The notes: a model not told the origin generated them from the letters alone. Counted from the stretch's first letter, positions 53,667 to 64,000 are shown. The stretch: 64,000 bases of DNA from Limnothrix sp. BL-A-16 (GCA_041937175.2 CP166615.1:3104001-3168000), one strand, 5' to 3'. Program-made: numbers and translations.

Positions 53667-54875
53667 ATGATTCCTGGCTGGACAGTTGCCCGCGCGATCC
53701 CCACTGAAATCCTAGTTGGCTTAGTGGCTGGACAGTACAAACTCTATGGTGGCGTAATTCGTTGGGCTGCTGGAACAGGACAAGGAGGTCAAATTGTTCG
53801 GCATCTAATCCCCATCAGTTCTGATCTCTTTGGCGCTATCCCAGGACTCAGTTTTGTACCGGGAATCATCGCGAATGTCCAACTGCATGACCTACAAAAA
53901 TTAACAGCAGCAAATACTCAGCAACTCCTCCAACTCTCAGGGCAAATTAGCGTCCTGTCTCAATCGACTCAGCAGATTTTGCAAATGGCAACCGGAGCAG
54001 CAGTCTTTTCCGGATTGGGCCTGGCCGTGAGTTCGATTGGTTTTTTGGCCATGAACCACAAGCTCAGCAAAATTGATAGTCGGCTCAAGGAAATTCAGCA
54101 AGAAGTGCAGGCGATCAAATCGTTTCTTGAAAGTAGTGAACGAGCCAAACTTTTCGCCGCTTTAAATGCCTTACTGAAAATTGATGAGCGTACCGATTCA
54201 GCCCATCGCCACACCATTTTGCATCAATCGCGGAACGTCTTGGCGGAGATTCACATGCGCTATCGGGAACTCTTAGCGGAGTCCCAGGCACTGAAAGTTA
54301 CGATCGCCCATGAAGAATATTTTTCTCTCACTGCCTTAGCGCAAATCCGCTGCACCGCAGAGCTAGGAATGCTAGACATTGCTCGCAAGGAAGCACAGGA
54401 AGTCAATGAACTCTGGCAAGCACAAGCCCGCCGCATCGCTAAGGACATTCTGATTGGTGAATACCCCGAGCGATTCCTAGCTACGGATTTTGCAGATACG
54501 GTTCCTGTGACGGAATTAGCCCAATGGATGGACTTTATTCAGCCCGAACAACGGGGATTGGGTTGGGTAGATGAGCTGCGATTGAAGATGAATGAAACCT
54601 GGTACGCCCGAGGCTGGCTCCCGAATCTGGGCAACTTGGGATCGGGACTCAGCCGAAATGTAGGGCTAGGGCTTGACCAGGAAAAGAAAGTGGTGATCCC
54701 AACTCTGCGAAAGCTACTGGCTCGGAGTGCAGTCTTTGAAGGTTATGTCGCCCAATACAAGTTGTTGGAAGACCAACAGCTAACTCCCTCGGCCCTGGAA
54801 GCCAAATTGTTAAGCTTGCCAGAGTCATCAGCAATCAAGGGTTATATCGTTTTGGAGCCAGAGCCAGTGACTTAG
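53667..54875 (+). CDS. Hypothetical protein with a hydrophobic segment and coiled coils, atypical composition
   Basis: 402-codon ORF; 'GGVIR...GQIVRHL' N-terminus; hydrophobic 'AAVFSGLGLAVSSIGFLAM' followed by heptads. Confidence 0.8.
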   Translation: MIPGWTVARAIPTEILVGLVAGQYKLYGGVIRWAAGTGQGGQIVRHLIPISSDLFGAIPGLSFVPGIIANVQLHDLQKLTAANTQQLLQLSGQISVLSQSTQQILQMATGAAVFSGLGLAVSSIGFLAMNHKLSKIDSRLKEIQQEVQAIKSFLESSERAKLFAALNALLKIDERTDSAHRHTILHQSRNVLAEIHMRYRELLAESQALKVTIAHEEYFSLTALAQIRCTAELGMLDIARKEAQEVNELWQAQARRIAKDILIGEYPERFLATDFADTVPVTELAQWMDFIQPEQRGLGWVDELRLKMNETWYARGWLPNLGNLGSGLSRNVGLGLDQEKKVVIPTLRKLLARSAVFEGYVAQYKLLEDQQLTPSALEAKLLSLPESSAIKGYIVLEPEPVT

Positions 54876-55126
54876 GAAGCCTTGACTGAAGGCCTTTTGT
54901 CCGAGACAGCCAATCGCTCAGTTGTGGTGAATTGACTTGAATTCTCCATGCCCCACACCTCTCTCGAAACCCTACAAAACCCAGCGGAAAACCGGGGTAT
55001 ACTAGGATCGCCCCGAAGCTATCTCGATCGACTCCCAGATCAACGATTCAGATCCATGATTCAGATCCATGATCAAAGGGCGATCGCAGGCTTGGGGATT
55101 CAGCCTCGCTCCTAGGTTCTCCACCC

Positions 55127-55564
55127 GTGGAACTGTCATCCAAAAGCGAATATGCCCTCCTGGCCCTGTTGCAACTTGCCGATCGCTACCAAGACGACGA
55201 GCCGTTGCAAATCCGCCAAATTGCTGCCGATCAGGACATTCCCGATCGCTACCTTGAGCAACTCTTAGCCACCCTGCGCCGAGGCGGCTTGGTCAAAAGC
55301 CAACGCGGAGCCAAAGGCGGCTATCTGCTGGCGCGATCGCCCTGGACGATCTCGCTGTTGGATGTGCTGCGGTGTTTAGAAGGAGCCGATGCCAACATTA
55401 CCAACGACGGTGGCCGCGATCGCCCCCTCGAAAGCGCCATCATTTACGAGATTTGGGTTGAAGTGGATCAAGCCGCCAACGACGTGCTGCAACGCTACAC
55501 CCTCCAGGATCTCAAGGATCGTCGAGATGCCCGCAAGCAACTCGACTTGATGTATTACATCTAG
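55127..55564 (+). CDS. Rrf2-family regulator, CymR-like (no Fe-S Cys triad)
   Basis: 'YLEQLL..LRR.GLV.S.RG..GGY'; a single Cys; upstream of cysK. Confidence 0.9.
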   Translation: MELSSKSEYALLALLQLADRYQDDEPLQIRQIAADQDIPDRYLEQLLATLRRGGLVKSQRGAKGGYLLARSPWTISLLDVLRCLEGADANITNDGGRDRPLESAIIYEIWVEVDQAANDVLQRYTLQDLKDRRDARKQLDLMYYI

Positions 55565-55774
55565 GCTCTGGGGATCATGGCTGCCCAGGAGCAACCAAGA
55601 GAACTCAAAAGATCCTGGGGAGGCTCAGGGTGCTTTTGGTTGCTTGGTTTTTGCTGAATTGCTGGCTTCATTGCTGGATGATTCAACCGCTTAATTCACT
55701 GCTTCGTTGTTCGATCCGACCCATGCCATAGGGGCGATCGACCCCCTCAGACCTGACGAGAGAGTTCCAGCCAG

Positions 55775-56740
55775 ATGCCCATGAACGTCGCCAACAACAT
55801 CACCGAACTGATTGGCCGCACTCCCCTAGTTCGGCTCAACCGCCTGCCCCAAGCGGAAGGCTGCCTGGCCGAAGTGCTGGTCAAGCTGGAAAGCATGAAC
55901 CCTTCCGCTTCGGTGAAAGACCGGATCGGCATCAATATGATCGAAGCCGCCGAACAGGCCGGCACGATCATTCCGGGTAAGACCGTTTTGGTGGAACCCA
56001 CCTCCGGGAACACGGGGATTGCCCTGGCCATGGCCGCCGCCGCCAAGGGCTATCAACTGATCCTGACCATGCCAGAAACCATGAGCGCCGAGCGGCGGGC
56101 CATGCTGCGGGCCTATGGGGCGCAATTGGAGCTGACTCCAGGGATTGAGGGCATGGGCGGTTGCATTCGGCGGGCCCAGGACATTGCCAACACAGTTCCC
56201 AATGCCTATATGTTGCAGCAGTTCCGCAACCCGGCAAACCCGGAGATTCACCGTCGCACTACCGCTGAGGAAATTTGGGCCGACACGGACGGCAAGATTG
56301 ATTTCTTGATTTCCGGTGTGGGCACGGGCGGCACGATTACGGGCGTGGCGGAAGTGATGAAGCAGCGGAAGCCGGAATTTCAGGCGATCGCGGTGGAACC
56401 GGCTAACAGTCCGGTGTTGTCCGGCGGATCACCGGGGCCGCACCGGATCCAGGGGATCGGCGCGGGGTTTGTGCCCGAGGTGTTGAAGGTGGATTTAATC
56501 GACGAAGTGATCACCGTAACCGATGACGAGGCGATCGCCTATGGTCGTCGGTTGGCCCGGGAAGAGGGCTTGCTGTCGGGGATTTCCTCGGGCGCGGCGA
56601 TTTATGCGGCGATTCAGGTGGGCCGCCGCCCGGAAAATGCGGGCAAATTGATTGTGGCGATTCAACCCAGCTTTGGGGAGCGCTACCTGAGCACGCCGTT
56701 GTTCCAAGACGCGGAGCCGGTAACGAATATTCCGTTGTAG
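55775..56740 (+). CDS. cysK: Cysteine synthase A
   Basis: '[11 protein letters not shown]', 'PTSGNTG', 'GVGTGGT', 'SFGERYLST'. Confidence 0.97.
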   Translation: MPMNVANNITELIGRTPLVRLNRLPQAEGCLAEVLVKLESMNPSASVKDRIGINMIEAAEQAGTIIPGKTVLVEPTSGNTGIALAMAAAAKGYQLILTMPETMSAERRAMLRAYGAQLELTPGIEGMGGCIRRAQDIANTVPNAYMLQQFRNPANPEIHRRTTAEEIWADTDGKIDFLISGVGTGGTITGVAEVMKQRKPEFQAIAVEPANSPVLSGGSPGPHRIQGIGAGFVPEVLKVDLIDEVITVTDDEAIAYGRRLAREEGLLSGISSGAAIYAAIQVGRRPENAGKLIVAIQPSFGERYLSTPLFQDAEPVTNIPL

Positions 56741-56779
56741 TGGCGGGAGCGATCGCCGGAACAGCAGGGATCAATCCGG

Positions 56780-56807
56780 GTAGGGGCGTACAGCGGTACG
56801 CCCCTAC
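56780..56807. repeat. GTAG-type REP-like palindrome between convergent cysK and ald
   Basis: GTAGGGGCGTAC-AGCG-GTACGCCCCTAC. Confidence 0.7.
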
Positions 56808-56893
56808 AGGGTTGACGGGTTTTGATCGACCCGAATTGGGATGATTTTGATCACACCACAGCAATGGATGGTTCTATCAACCCTTACCCATTC

Positions 56894-57976
56894 CTACAAA
56901 TCAGGGAAAACCGCTTGGACGGCTGGATGTTCGATCCGGCCGTCTTTGATGTTTAGGCCCTTGGCCAAGGTCGGGTCGCGATCGAGTGCGGCCAGTCCGT
57001 GATCCGCCAGGGCCAACACGTAGGGCAAGGTGCTGTTTTCCAGGGCTTGGGTGGAAGTGCGGGGCACAGCACCCGGCATGTTCGGCACGCCGTAATGCAC
57101 TACGCCGCACTCGCTGTAGGTGGGATGGCTGTGGGAGGTGGGGCGCAGGGTTTCGATGCAACCGCCCTGATCGACCGCCACATCAACGATCACGGCTCCG
57201 GTGGGCATCTGTTCCACCAGCGATCGCCCGACCAAGATTGGGGCCCGCCGCCCGGTCACCAACACCGCCCCGATCAGCAAGTCCGTGTCCGGCACAACGG
57301 CTTCGATCGCGGCGCTGCTGCTGTAGAGCAATTCCACCCGCGAGCCAAACAGGGTTTCCAGATCATTCAGGCGATCGACATTCACATCCAAGATTCGCAC
57401 CTTGGCCCCCAAGCCCACGGCCATCTTGGCGGCCTCAGTCCCGACCACGCCGCCACCCAGGATCGTGACGCGGCCCGGCGCAACCCCCGGCACGCCGCCC
57501 AGCAAGACTCCGCGCCCGCCCTGTTGTTTTTCCAGGTAGCGGGCCCCAAACTGCACGGACAACCGACCGGCGATCGCGCTCATGGGGGCCAACAGGGGCA
57601 AGCGGCGATCGGGCGTTTCCACCGTTTCATAGGCGATCGCGCTGATCCCCGATCGCAGCAAGGCTTCCGTTAAGCCCCGCTCCGCCGCCAAGTGCAAATA
57701 GGTGAACAGCAGGGGCGTGGTTTTCAAGAAGCCATATTCACCGGGCAGCGGCTCTTTGACCTTCACCACCAACTCGCAGTCCCAAGCCAAATCCGCCTCG
57801 GGCACAATCTGCGCCCCAGCTGATCGATAGTCCTCGTCGCCAAAGCCCGCACCCGCACCGGCCTGGGTTTCCACCCGCACCGTATGCCCCCGATCGACCA
57901 AGGCCCGCACCCCTTGGGGAGTCAAACCCACCCGAAATTCCAGATCCTTAATTTCCTTGGGAACACCGATTTCCAC
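56894..57976 (-). CDS. ald: Alanine dehydrogenase
   Basis: 'IGVPKEIK..E.RV', 'TYLHLA', 'GGGVVG', 'DQGGC', 'NMPGAVP'. Confidence 0.97.
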   Translation of the reverse strand: MEIGVPKEIKDLEFRVGLTPQGVRALVDRGHTVRVETQAGAGAGFGDEDYRSAGAQIVPEADLAWDCELVVKVKEPLPGEYGFLKTTPLLFTYLHLAAERGLTEALLRSGISAIAYETVETPDRRLPLLAPMSAIAGRLSVQFGARYLEKQQGGRGVLLGGVPGVAPGRVTILGGGVVGTEAAKMAVGLGAKVRILDVNVDRLNDLETLFGSRVELLYSSSAAIEAVVPDTDLLIGAVLVTGRRAPILVGRSLVEQMPTGAVIVDVAVDQGGCIETLRPTSHSHPTYSECGVVHYGVPNMPGAVPRTSTQALENSTLPYVLALADHGLAALDRDPTLAKGLNIKDGRIEHPAVQAVFPDL

Positions 57977-58281
57977 GGGGACTACCTCCTGTTGAAGCGG
58001 TCGTAAGTGGCTAAATGCGCCCGATCGCCCCGTTGCGATTTTGTTGCAGAAACCTTAAGGATTTTGCCCCAAAATCAAAAATCACGGGCGATCGTGCATC
58101 TGTATGGGATCCCCTCTAAGCTAACGGGTCGATCGAAGATCACGGTGTGCCCCTCGTCACAGATGCAGTTTCCAGAGGCCATGACCCGATTACCCAGCCC
58201 CGGCCCGGCCAGCATCCGGGCGATCGCGCCAACCCCTATGCTGTTCAAGCATCCAATTTTTGATTAACAAACCAGCCAACC

Positions 58282-59115
58282 ATGACCATTCAGTGGCAAA
58301 CCGTTAAACCCTACGAAGACATCCTCTACGTCAAAGCCGACGGCATCGCCAAAATCACGATCAACCGCCCCCACAAGCGCAACGCCTTCCGCCCCAAAAC
58401 GGTGTTTGAACTCTACGAAGCCTTTTGTGATGCGCGCGAAGATGCGGCCGTGGGCGTGATTTTGCTGACCGGCGCGGGCCCCCACACCGATGGGAAATAC
58501 GCCTTCTGTGCCGGTGGGGATCAGAGTATTCGCGGGGAAGCGGGCTATGTGGATGAGGCCGGCGTGCCCCGGCTGAATGTGTTGGACTTGCAGCGGCTGA
58601 TGCGATCGATCCCCAAGGTGACGATCGCCCTGGTGGCGGGCTACGCGATCGGCGGTGGCCATGTGCTACACCTGCTCTGTGACCTGACGATCGCCGCTGA
58701 TAACGCGATTTTTGGGCAAACGGGCCCGAAAGTGGGCAGCTTTGACGGTGGCTTTGGGGCTAGCTATTTGGCGCGCATTGTGGGCCAGAAAAAAGCCCGC
58801 GAAATTTGGTTTTTGTGTCGGCAATACGACGCGCAACAGGCCCTGGAGATGGGCCTTGTGAACACCGTGGTACCCGTGGCGGAACTGGAAGCGGAAGGCC
58901 TGCGCTGGGCCCAAGAAGTGCTCGAAAAAAGCCCGATCGCGATTCGTTGCCTAAAAGCTGCCCTGAATGCCGATTGCGACGGGCAAGCGGGCCTGCAAGA
59001 ACTGGCCGGCAACGCCACCATGCTCTATTACATGACCGAAGAGGGTAGCGAAGGAAAACAAGCATTTCTGGAGAAGCGATCGCCCAATTTCCGCCGCTAT
59101 CCCTGGCGACCCTAG
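58282..59115 (+). CDS. menB: 1,4-dihydroxy-2-naphthoyl-CoA synthase
   Basis: 'RNAFRPKTV', 'FCAGGDQ', '[12 protein letters not shown]', 'YYMTEEG'. Confidence 0.97.
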   Translation: MTIQWQTVKPYEDILYVKADGIAKITINRPHKRNAFRPKTVFELYEAFCDAREDAAVGVILLTGAGPHTDGKYAFCAGGDQSIRGEAGYVDEAGVPRLNVLDLQRLMRSIPKVTIALVAGYAIGGGHVLHLLCDLTIAADNAIFGQTGPKVGSFDGGFGASYLARIVGQKKAREIWFLCRQYDAQQALEMGLVNTVVPVAELEAEGLRWAQEVLEKSPIAIRCLKAALNADCDGQAGLQELAGNATMLYYMTEEGSEGKQAFLEKRSPNFRRYPWRP

Positions 59116-59305
59116 GGTCTATCGTCATTTCCTAAGATCAGGCGAAAACCATTGACTTTTCATATCCCAATCGTCATTTCCTAGGATCAGGCGGAAACGA
59201 TTGACTTTTTATGTCCCAATCGTCGTAACAAGGGGCTTAAGCCCCTTGTCTTCCACGATCTGCTAACGGTGGGATCAGGGTTTTAGGTAATTTAACAACA
59301 GGACT
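59116..59305. mobile_element. Dispersed repeat / degenerate MITE (family B) with an internal 49-bp tandem duplication
   Basis: Units start at 59121 and 59170; perfect palindrome ACAAGGGGCTTAAGCCCCTTGT; homologous to 12771-12892. Confidence 0.7.
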
Positions 59306-59382
59306 AAACCCCAATGGACAGACCTTTTCAGGTTTTTGAGGCTCAAAATTACCCTTATCAAATCAGCACAGGATCCCAGCCT

Positions 59383-59424
59383 AAAAAATAAACCAGGAGA
59401 TTCAAGTCCTCCTGGTTTATTTTC
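59383..59424. terminator. Probable bidirectional terminator
   Basis: AAAATAAACCAGGAG...CTCCTGGTTTATTTT between convergent genes. Confidence 0.65.
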
Positions 59425-59688
59425 CACTTTTGAATGACCGATGATAGGGTGTTGACCCAGTGACCTCAATCAGCCGCCAATGGTGGGTCAAAATTGATTT
59501 CAGCCGTTGTTTCAGTCCCCAGCTCAACCCGTATAGCGATCTTTAAGTATTCATGCTGACAAAGGAGCAACGCGCTAGGGAATGGCTGTCAGAAACTTAT
59601 GGTGTTGGCTCGCCAATGAATTGAGGTCATGATCCATCCTGAAACCATTATTCATCAGGCCTTGATTGCCAACGACATGACTGATCCC

Positions 59689-59982
59689 CTAGGCAATGGA
59701 AGCAGAAGCATTCGATCGCAAAACCGGCGTGGTGGTTGCCAGAGCCGCTTCATTTTTAAACTCCACCGTCGCCACGATTGCCACGCCCGTTTCTGCGGGG
59801 CTGTGAACCAACCGCTCTAACGATTCCCAAGATGGAGCGAATGCTGGCATTGCGAGCGGACAAGCCTTCCAGCCCGCACGAACCACTGCATCAAACTGAC
59901 CGCAATATCCACCACGTCGGCCTTCTGGGGTGTAGTAGCGACAATGGCGGCAAGCAGAAACTTGGAAGGGCGTAGCACTCAT
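59689..59982 (-). CDS. Small Cys-rich conserved cyanobacterial protein
   Basis: 'SACRHCRYYTPEGRRGGYC...WKACPLA.PAF'. Confidence 0.75.
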   Translation of the reverse strand: MSATPFQVSACRHCRYYTPEGRRGGYCGQFDAVVRAGWKACPLAMPAFAPSWESLERLVHSPAETGVAIVATVEFKNEAALATTTPVLRSNASASIA

Positions 59983-60810
59983 ATTTTGCACTGCCAACGC
60001 AGAGCGCCGCTGAGAATTTGCTAACTTCATTATGGAATTGAGACGAATAGCTATAAAAGTCCTTAAGACCTAGATCTGCTCTGAGATTCAGCGATCCCAA
60101 ACACTTTTAGAAATTTAGATTATCTTCAGCTTCCGCTTTGGCTTTTTCAGAAATCCTCGTCAGTAGCCCATTGATTTTCCTAAAAAATCAGCTAGGGGAT
60201 CAAAGGAAAACGGTCTAAAATCAGGCATTAATCATTTTGGCGAGTTTTTGTCAATTGCTTTAAAAAGTCTTTAAAAAGCATCATTAATTTCTCCAATGAT
60301 GCTAGGGATCTAGGTTTTTCGTAATGGTAAGTCATGGCAGCCTGGGAGTAAACGGTTACCTGGAATACCATTTTCCAAGAGATGTCATCATACAAAACGC
60401 AATATTCAGCAACATCTCTTGAAACTAGCGAGGGTAACACATTCAAGATCAATTTTTTTTGGACATACTGTTAGATCGAGCAGTGTTTGGATTCGCTATG
60501 AGTTTGCAATTGGGATCAATTGAGCCAAGGCTCTTTTCGGTCACTTTCGCAGGACATTTTCCAGGGAACTTGCCCAGAATTTTGGCGAGTTAATTCTGCA
60601 AGGAATTCCTGCACCAAGTTTCTGATATTTTCCGGAAGCCATCGCCCACACCCACCGCCGCCCACACTCATATGATTGTGGGGTTGTGGTTTCTATAGTT
60701 CTGAAGTTCTGATTTGTGTTTCCGGTTTCCGTTAATCCCTTTTTCAGGCTAGGTTCCAAATCCAAATGCAGGGCAGCTTCCAAATTCAGGCTTCCAAATT
60801 CAGACTGATA

Positions 60811-61401
60811 TCAAGATCCAGAGCCGGATGAACGGGCTTGAGACCAGCGCTCAACCATGCACAAACTACAAACTCCCCAGCGCTCTAATTCCGCTGGTGG
60901 GGTCGATCGCCCGCAATGGGGACAGCAATCATAGCGTTTCAGTTGACTTTGCACGGAAGCGGCCCATTGGGTGAACGCTTCGGTGGCGGTGGCGGGTCGG
61001 GGTCGATCGGGGGGGTGTTGGGATCTTTGGGGCGATCGAGCAGCGGGCCCCAGGGCGATCGACTGAGACCGATTTTCAAACCAGCGGGCCGTCGAAAATC
61101 GCGCGTCGGTCAGGGGCGGGTTGAAGGGGGGCGTAATCGATTGGTTGATTTTGGTGATCAGGCGCGATCGCTCAAACATCAGGGTTTGGGCCCAAGCGGA
61201 ATTGGACACCGCCACCCACAACACCCCCTGATGCACGGAAATGGGGCGGGTGTGACCGGCCAAGGCCTCGCCCACAATGACTCGCCATTGCGCACAAAGT
61301 TGCAGGAAGGATCGGTTTGACTGCCAAGCTGGGTGTTGGTCAAGCCGTTTCAGCAGTCCATCGATCGGGTCAAAGGCCATGGGCAACGCACTGGGGAGCA
61401 A
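60811..61401 (-). CDS. DUF721/DciA-family protein with zinc ribbon
   Basis: 'W..IVG..LA.HT.P....GVL.VAV...AWAQ.L', 'CPHC...ELERWGVCSLC'. Confidence 0.85.
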   Translation of the reverse strand: MLPSALPMAFDPIDGLLKRLDQHPAWQSNRSFLQLCAQWRVIVGEALAGHTRPISVHQGVLWVAVSNSAWAQTLMFERSRLITKINQSITPPFNPPLTDARFSTARWFENRSQSIALGPAARSPQRSQHPPDRPRPATATEAFTQWAASVQSQLKRYDCCPHCGRSTPPAELERWGVCSLCMVERWSQARSSGSGS

Positions 61402-61720
61402 AGGGGTTAATCAGCAGGGATTTGGGAAATCACCGGGATCGATCGAGCCAGTCAGCCCTCCGGATTTAGCCCATGGCCCTGCTCAACAATTCCGCAAACC
61501 CACTGACAATTCGCAGCGCAGGGTCAGTTCGATCGGGTTAAATTCGATCAGTTCGATCAGATTGAACCAACTCGGATTGAGTTCGCCCAGGCTGCATCAG
61601 CTCAGATCACATCGGCTCAGATTCAAAACCTGTGGAAAAGCCTCATGGGCTAAGCAAACAGCGTTTAATCTGGACAAACGCTTCGCAAAATCTAAAATAG
61701 GCGAGAAGCAAGCCCGCTGA

Positions 61721-61871
61721 GAGGATGTTTGAAAAATATCTTGCAGCCCTAGTCAAGCCCCAATCATTGTCGGGGCAAGGGGCTTAAGCCCCTTGTCTGT
61801 GTCGATCGCTATTGATCGCTATCGATCGCTGGGGAAAGCGGTGTATCCATTTTGGCTTGTCAGACATCCTC
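61721..61871. mobile_element. MITE (family A), 151 bp
   Basis: TIRs GAGGATGTTTGAAAA / TTGTCAGACATCCTC, TGA on both flanks, central CAAGGGGCTTAAGCCCCTTG. Confidence 0.85.
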
Positions 61872-61970
61872 TGAGGCATTCGTTCAATCTTTTCTGGTCA
61901 CATCTTTCCTGGTCACGCTGAACCATTTGGGTGATTATTTAACCCTGCACCGAGGAGCCTCGAAACCGCT

Positions 61971-63278
61971 ATGAAATTCCGCCCAGCGCGCCAACAACCC
62001 GCGCGATCGGAGACCGAGCCAGCCCTACACCGCCGCCTGTCCTTGGCGTTGGAATGCATGGAGTTGGACTTAGACGCGGAACTCGCGCGCTATCGCCGCC
62101 TGCGGGGCCCTCGCCAAGGCATTGTTCGCCGCTTCTTCCTGAAGCCACCGGAACGGGCCGGAGAACCGCCGCTGTTGGCTTCTGCGGAGGCGCTGGAGGC
62201 TTCTGGGGCCCTGAGCTTGCCCCCGGTTCCTGATACTAGTGATTTGCAAGCGGCTTTGGTTCAGCAAGCCCGCCGCCCGGCTTCGCCTCGATTGCTGACG
62301 GCGGCAGATGAGTTGGGCGAGGATGCATCCTTGGCGGCGAAGTCCGTGGTGCAGGCGGCGATGCTGCTGGAGGGGGCCCAACCGGTGGCCCATGGCAATG
62401 GCTGGGATCGACGGCGGGTGCGCCGGAGACAGGAACCCACCTGGACGGGAATTGGGGTCGGAACGATTTTGGTGATGCTGTCGGGCACAATTTGGACTTA
62501 CTACAGCAACTATCCCGACAGTGACAGTTGGCTGAAGGTGGGCGGATTTTTGGAACGCACGGGCCGGGCGATCGGGCTGAATCAACCGGCCACTCGATCG
62601 CCAGAGCCGGTTTTGGCGGAATTACCCCCGGCGGAACCTACCCCTTTGCCTACGGCTCCTACTGGGGTAACGGTGGATTTGACGCGGGATGAGTTTGCTG
62701 ATTTGAGCCTGGAGAGCCTTTCGGTTTTGGGCGATCGCCCGCCAATGCCCACAGGAACGATCGGGGCGGCCGCCCCTGCCGGAGCCAACTTGGCCCCGCA
62801 ACCGGCCCTCAGCCCCTTGCCGTTTCCCCAAGCCCAGCGGGCCCCAGCCAATTCCCCAGCAGCCCCAGCAGTGGCTAATCCAAGTGCCGATGGGCGCTGG
62901 TACGTATTAGGGCCTTACAGCGGGCCCGCCAGCCTGATTGCCGCGCGTAAACAGGTGGCCGATGCCTATGTGCGGGAATTGCCGATCGGGCGGCGAATTC
63001 AGTTTGGAGCCCTGGACAATGCACAACAGGCCAACCAGCTCATTCAGCAACTGAAGGCGGCTGGAATTCCCGCCACGGTCTATCGCCCCGCCGCCCCCAG
63101 TCCGGCCGCTAGCCCAGGGGCCAAACCTAGCCCGAATGCGAATAGTGCCAATCGCAACCAACCCAATAATCGCAACGCCACTAACCGTAACCAGCCCAAT
63201 AATCGCAATCAATCCGCGGCCGGCAACCGTTCCCAACCCAGCTCCAGCCCGAAACCCAGTCCCCGAACCAATCCGTAA
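61971..63278 (+). CDS. Bitopic membrane protein with a SPOR-like C-terminal domain and Asn-rich tail
   Basis: 'LD.ELARYRR' N-terminal motif, one TM, Pro linker, 'RIQFGAL....A..L...L...GIPA'. Confidence 0.7.
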   Translation: MKFRPARQQPARSETEPALHRRLSLALECMELDLDAELARYRRLRGPRQGIVRRFFLKPPERAGEPPLLASAEALEASGALSLPPVPDTSDLQAALVQQARRPASPRLLTAADELGEDASLAAKSVVQAAMLLEGAQPVAHGNGWDRRRVRRRQEPTWTGIGVGTILVMLSGTIWTYYSNYPDSDSWLKVGGFLERTGRAIGLNQPATRSPEPVLAELPPAEPTPLPTAPTGVTVDLTRDEFADLSLESLSVLGDRPPMPTGTIGAAAPAGANLAPQPALSPLPFPQAQRAPANSPAAPAVANPSADGRWYVLGPYSGPASLIAARKQVADAYVRELPIGRRIQFGALDNAQQANQLIQQLKAAGIPATVYRPAAPSPAASPGAKPSPNANSANRNQPNNRNATNRNQPNNRNQSAAGNRSQPSSSPKPSPRTNP

Positions 63279-63481
63279 ATCAGCCGGCCATCCGCCGGTC
63301 AAGTCAGCAGCCAGCAAGGAAGTCAGCATCAGTCAGCAAGTGATGATTGATTGATCGGTAATTGATCAATTGCTGACGAATGCTGACGAATGCTGACGAA
63401 CCGTATCGGCATCACCCCCCAAAGGCCCCACCGAACGATCGAAGCGATAGGATCGGGGCAAGAGCCAGAAGGAGATCGAGC

Positions 63482-64000
63482 GTGGGACTATTGCAGCGAC
63501 TTGGGAAGCTGGTGCGCGCCAATGTGAACGCGGCGATCACCCAGGCGGAAGATCCTGAACAGGCCTTGGATCAGGCCCTGATGGACATGCAGGATGATTT
63601 GGTGCAGTTGCGCCAAGCGGTGGCCCAGGCGATCGCCACCCAAAAGCGCACGGAGCGACAACGGGAGGCCGCCGCCCAAGCCGCTGAGGATTGGTATCGG
63701 CGGGCCCAACAGTTACTGAATGTTGGCGATGAACCGGGGGCGCGATCGGCCCTCAGCCAAAGTCACGGTCAGCAAGACGCAGCCGCCCACCTTCAGGAAC
63801 AGTGGGAAACCCAACGGGAGACGATCGCCCAACTGCGCAGCACCCTGCGGGATTTGGAAGCCAAACTGCTGGAAACTCGCACCAAGCGCGATTTGTACGT
63901 GGCCCGCGCCCGATCGGCCATGGCCACCCAGCGAATGCACGACACTCTGAATTACCTGAGCCGGCCCAACAATCCGCTGGAGCGTTTGGAGTCTTGGACC
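63482..64000 (+). CDS. pspA: PspA/IM30(Vipp1)-family protein, truncated by the window end
   Basis: Not in the ORF track. GTG after AAGGAG reads MGLLQRLGKLVRANVNAAITQAEDPEQALDQ...QAIATQKRTERQ and stays open to 64000. Confidence 0.88.
   Translation, partial: MGLLQRLGKLVRANVNAAITQAEDPEQALDQALMDMQDDLVQLRQAVAQAIATQKRTERQREAAAQAAEDWYRRAQQLLNVGDEPGARSALSQSHGQQDAAAHLQEQWETQRETIAQLRSTLRDLEAKLLETRTKRDLYVARARSAMATQRMHDTLNYLSRPNNPLERLESWT

Noticed and set aside
60349..60360. GTAAACGGTTAC as an NtcA site
   Set aside because: The spacer is 6 nt rather than 8.
60228..60783. Small ORFs in the AT-rich spacer
   Set aside because: TTG-type starts, no RBS or motif, codon usage unlike the host genes.

Overview
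Chromosomal window from a GC-rich cyanobacterium. It is dense in HIP1 (GCGATCGC) sites and is probably a filamentous, non-heterocystous form, inferred from a short-linker sepJ homologue. It is mostly housekeeping and signalling genes: hybrid histidine kinase, sigF, psaE, mutM, CapA-family protein, coaBC, lepB, hemB, folE, hli, ndhF, the fed2-nuclease-suhB-DnaJ-hisZ cluster, tRNA-Ser(GGA), ilvB, LCP and GT39/PMT envelope genes, adenylate cyclase, hik2, ispE, sepJ, thiL, cyclophilin, efp-accB, Rrf2-cysK, ald, menB, a DciA-like gene and a pspA-family gene cut by the window end. I see no CRISPR array, transposase, integrase or prophage. The less ordinary signals are mostly intergenic. (i) Several MITE-like elements with different terminal repeats all carry the same central palindrome CAAGGGGCTTAAGCCCCTTG, and its variants cut across element families. 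(ii) Degenerate copies of a gene's last codons sit directly behind its stop (ndhF, sigF, the Rieske gene, hik2). (iii) A near-perfect Zur box lies between a zinc-independent hemB and a folE. (iv) There are candidate HLR1, NtcA and CRP sites. (v) A HIP1-free orphan gene has an upstream inverted repeat. (vi) CoaBC has archaeal-type active-site motifs. All calls are by eye from the sequence and the ORF track; no database searches were run.
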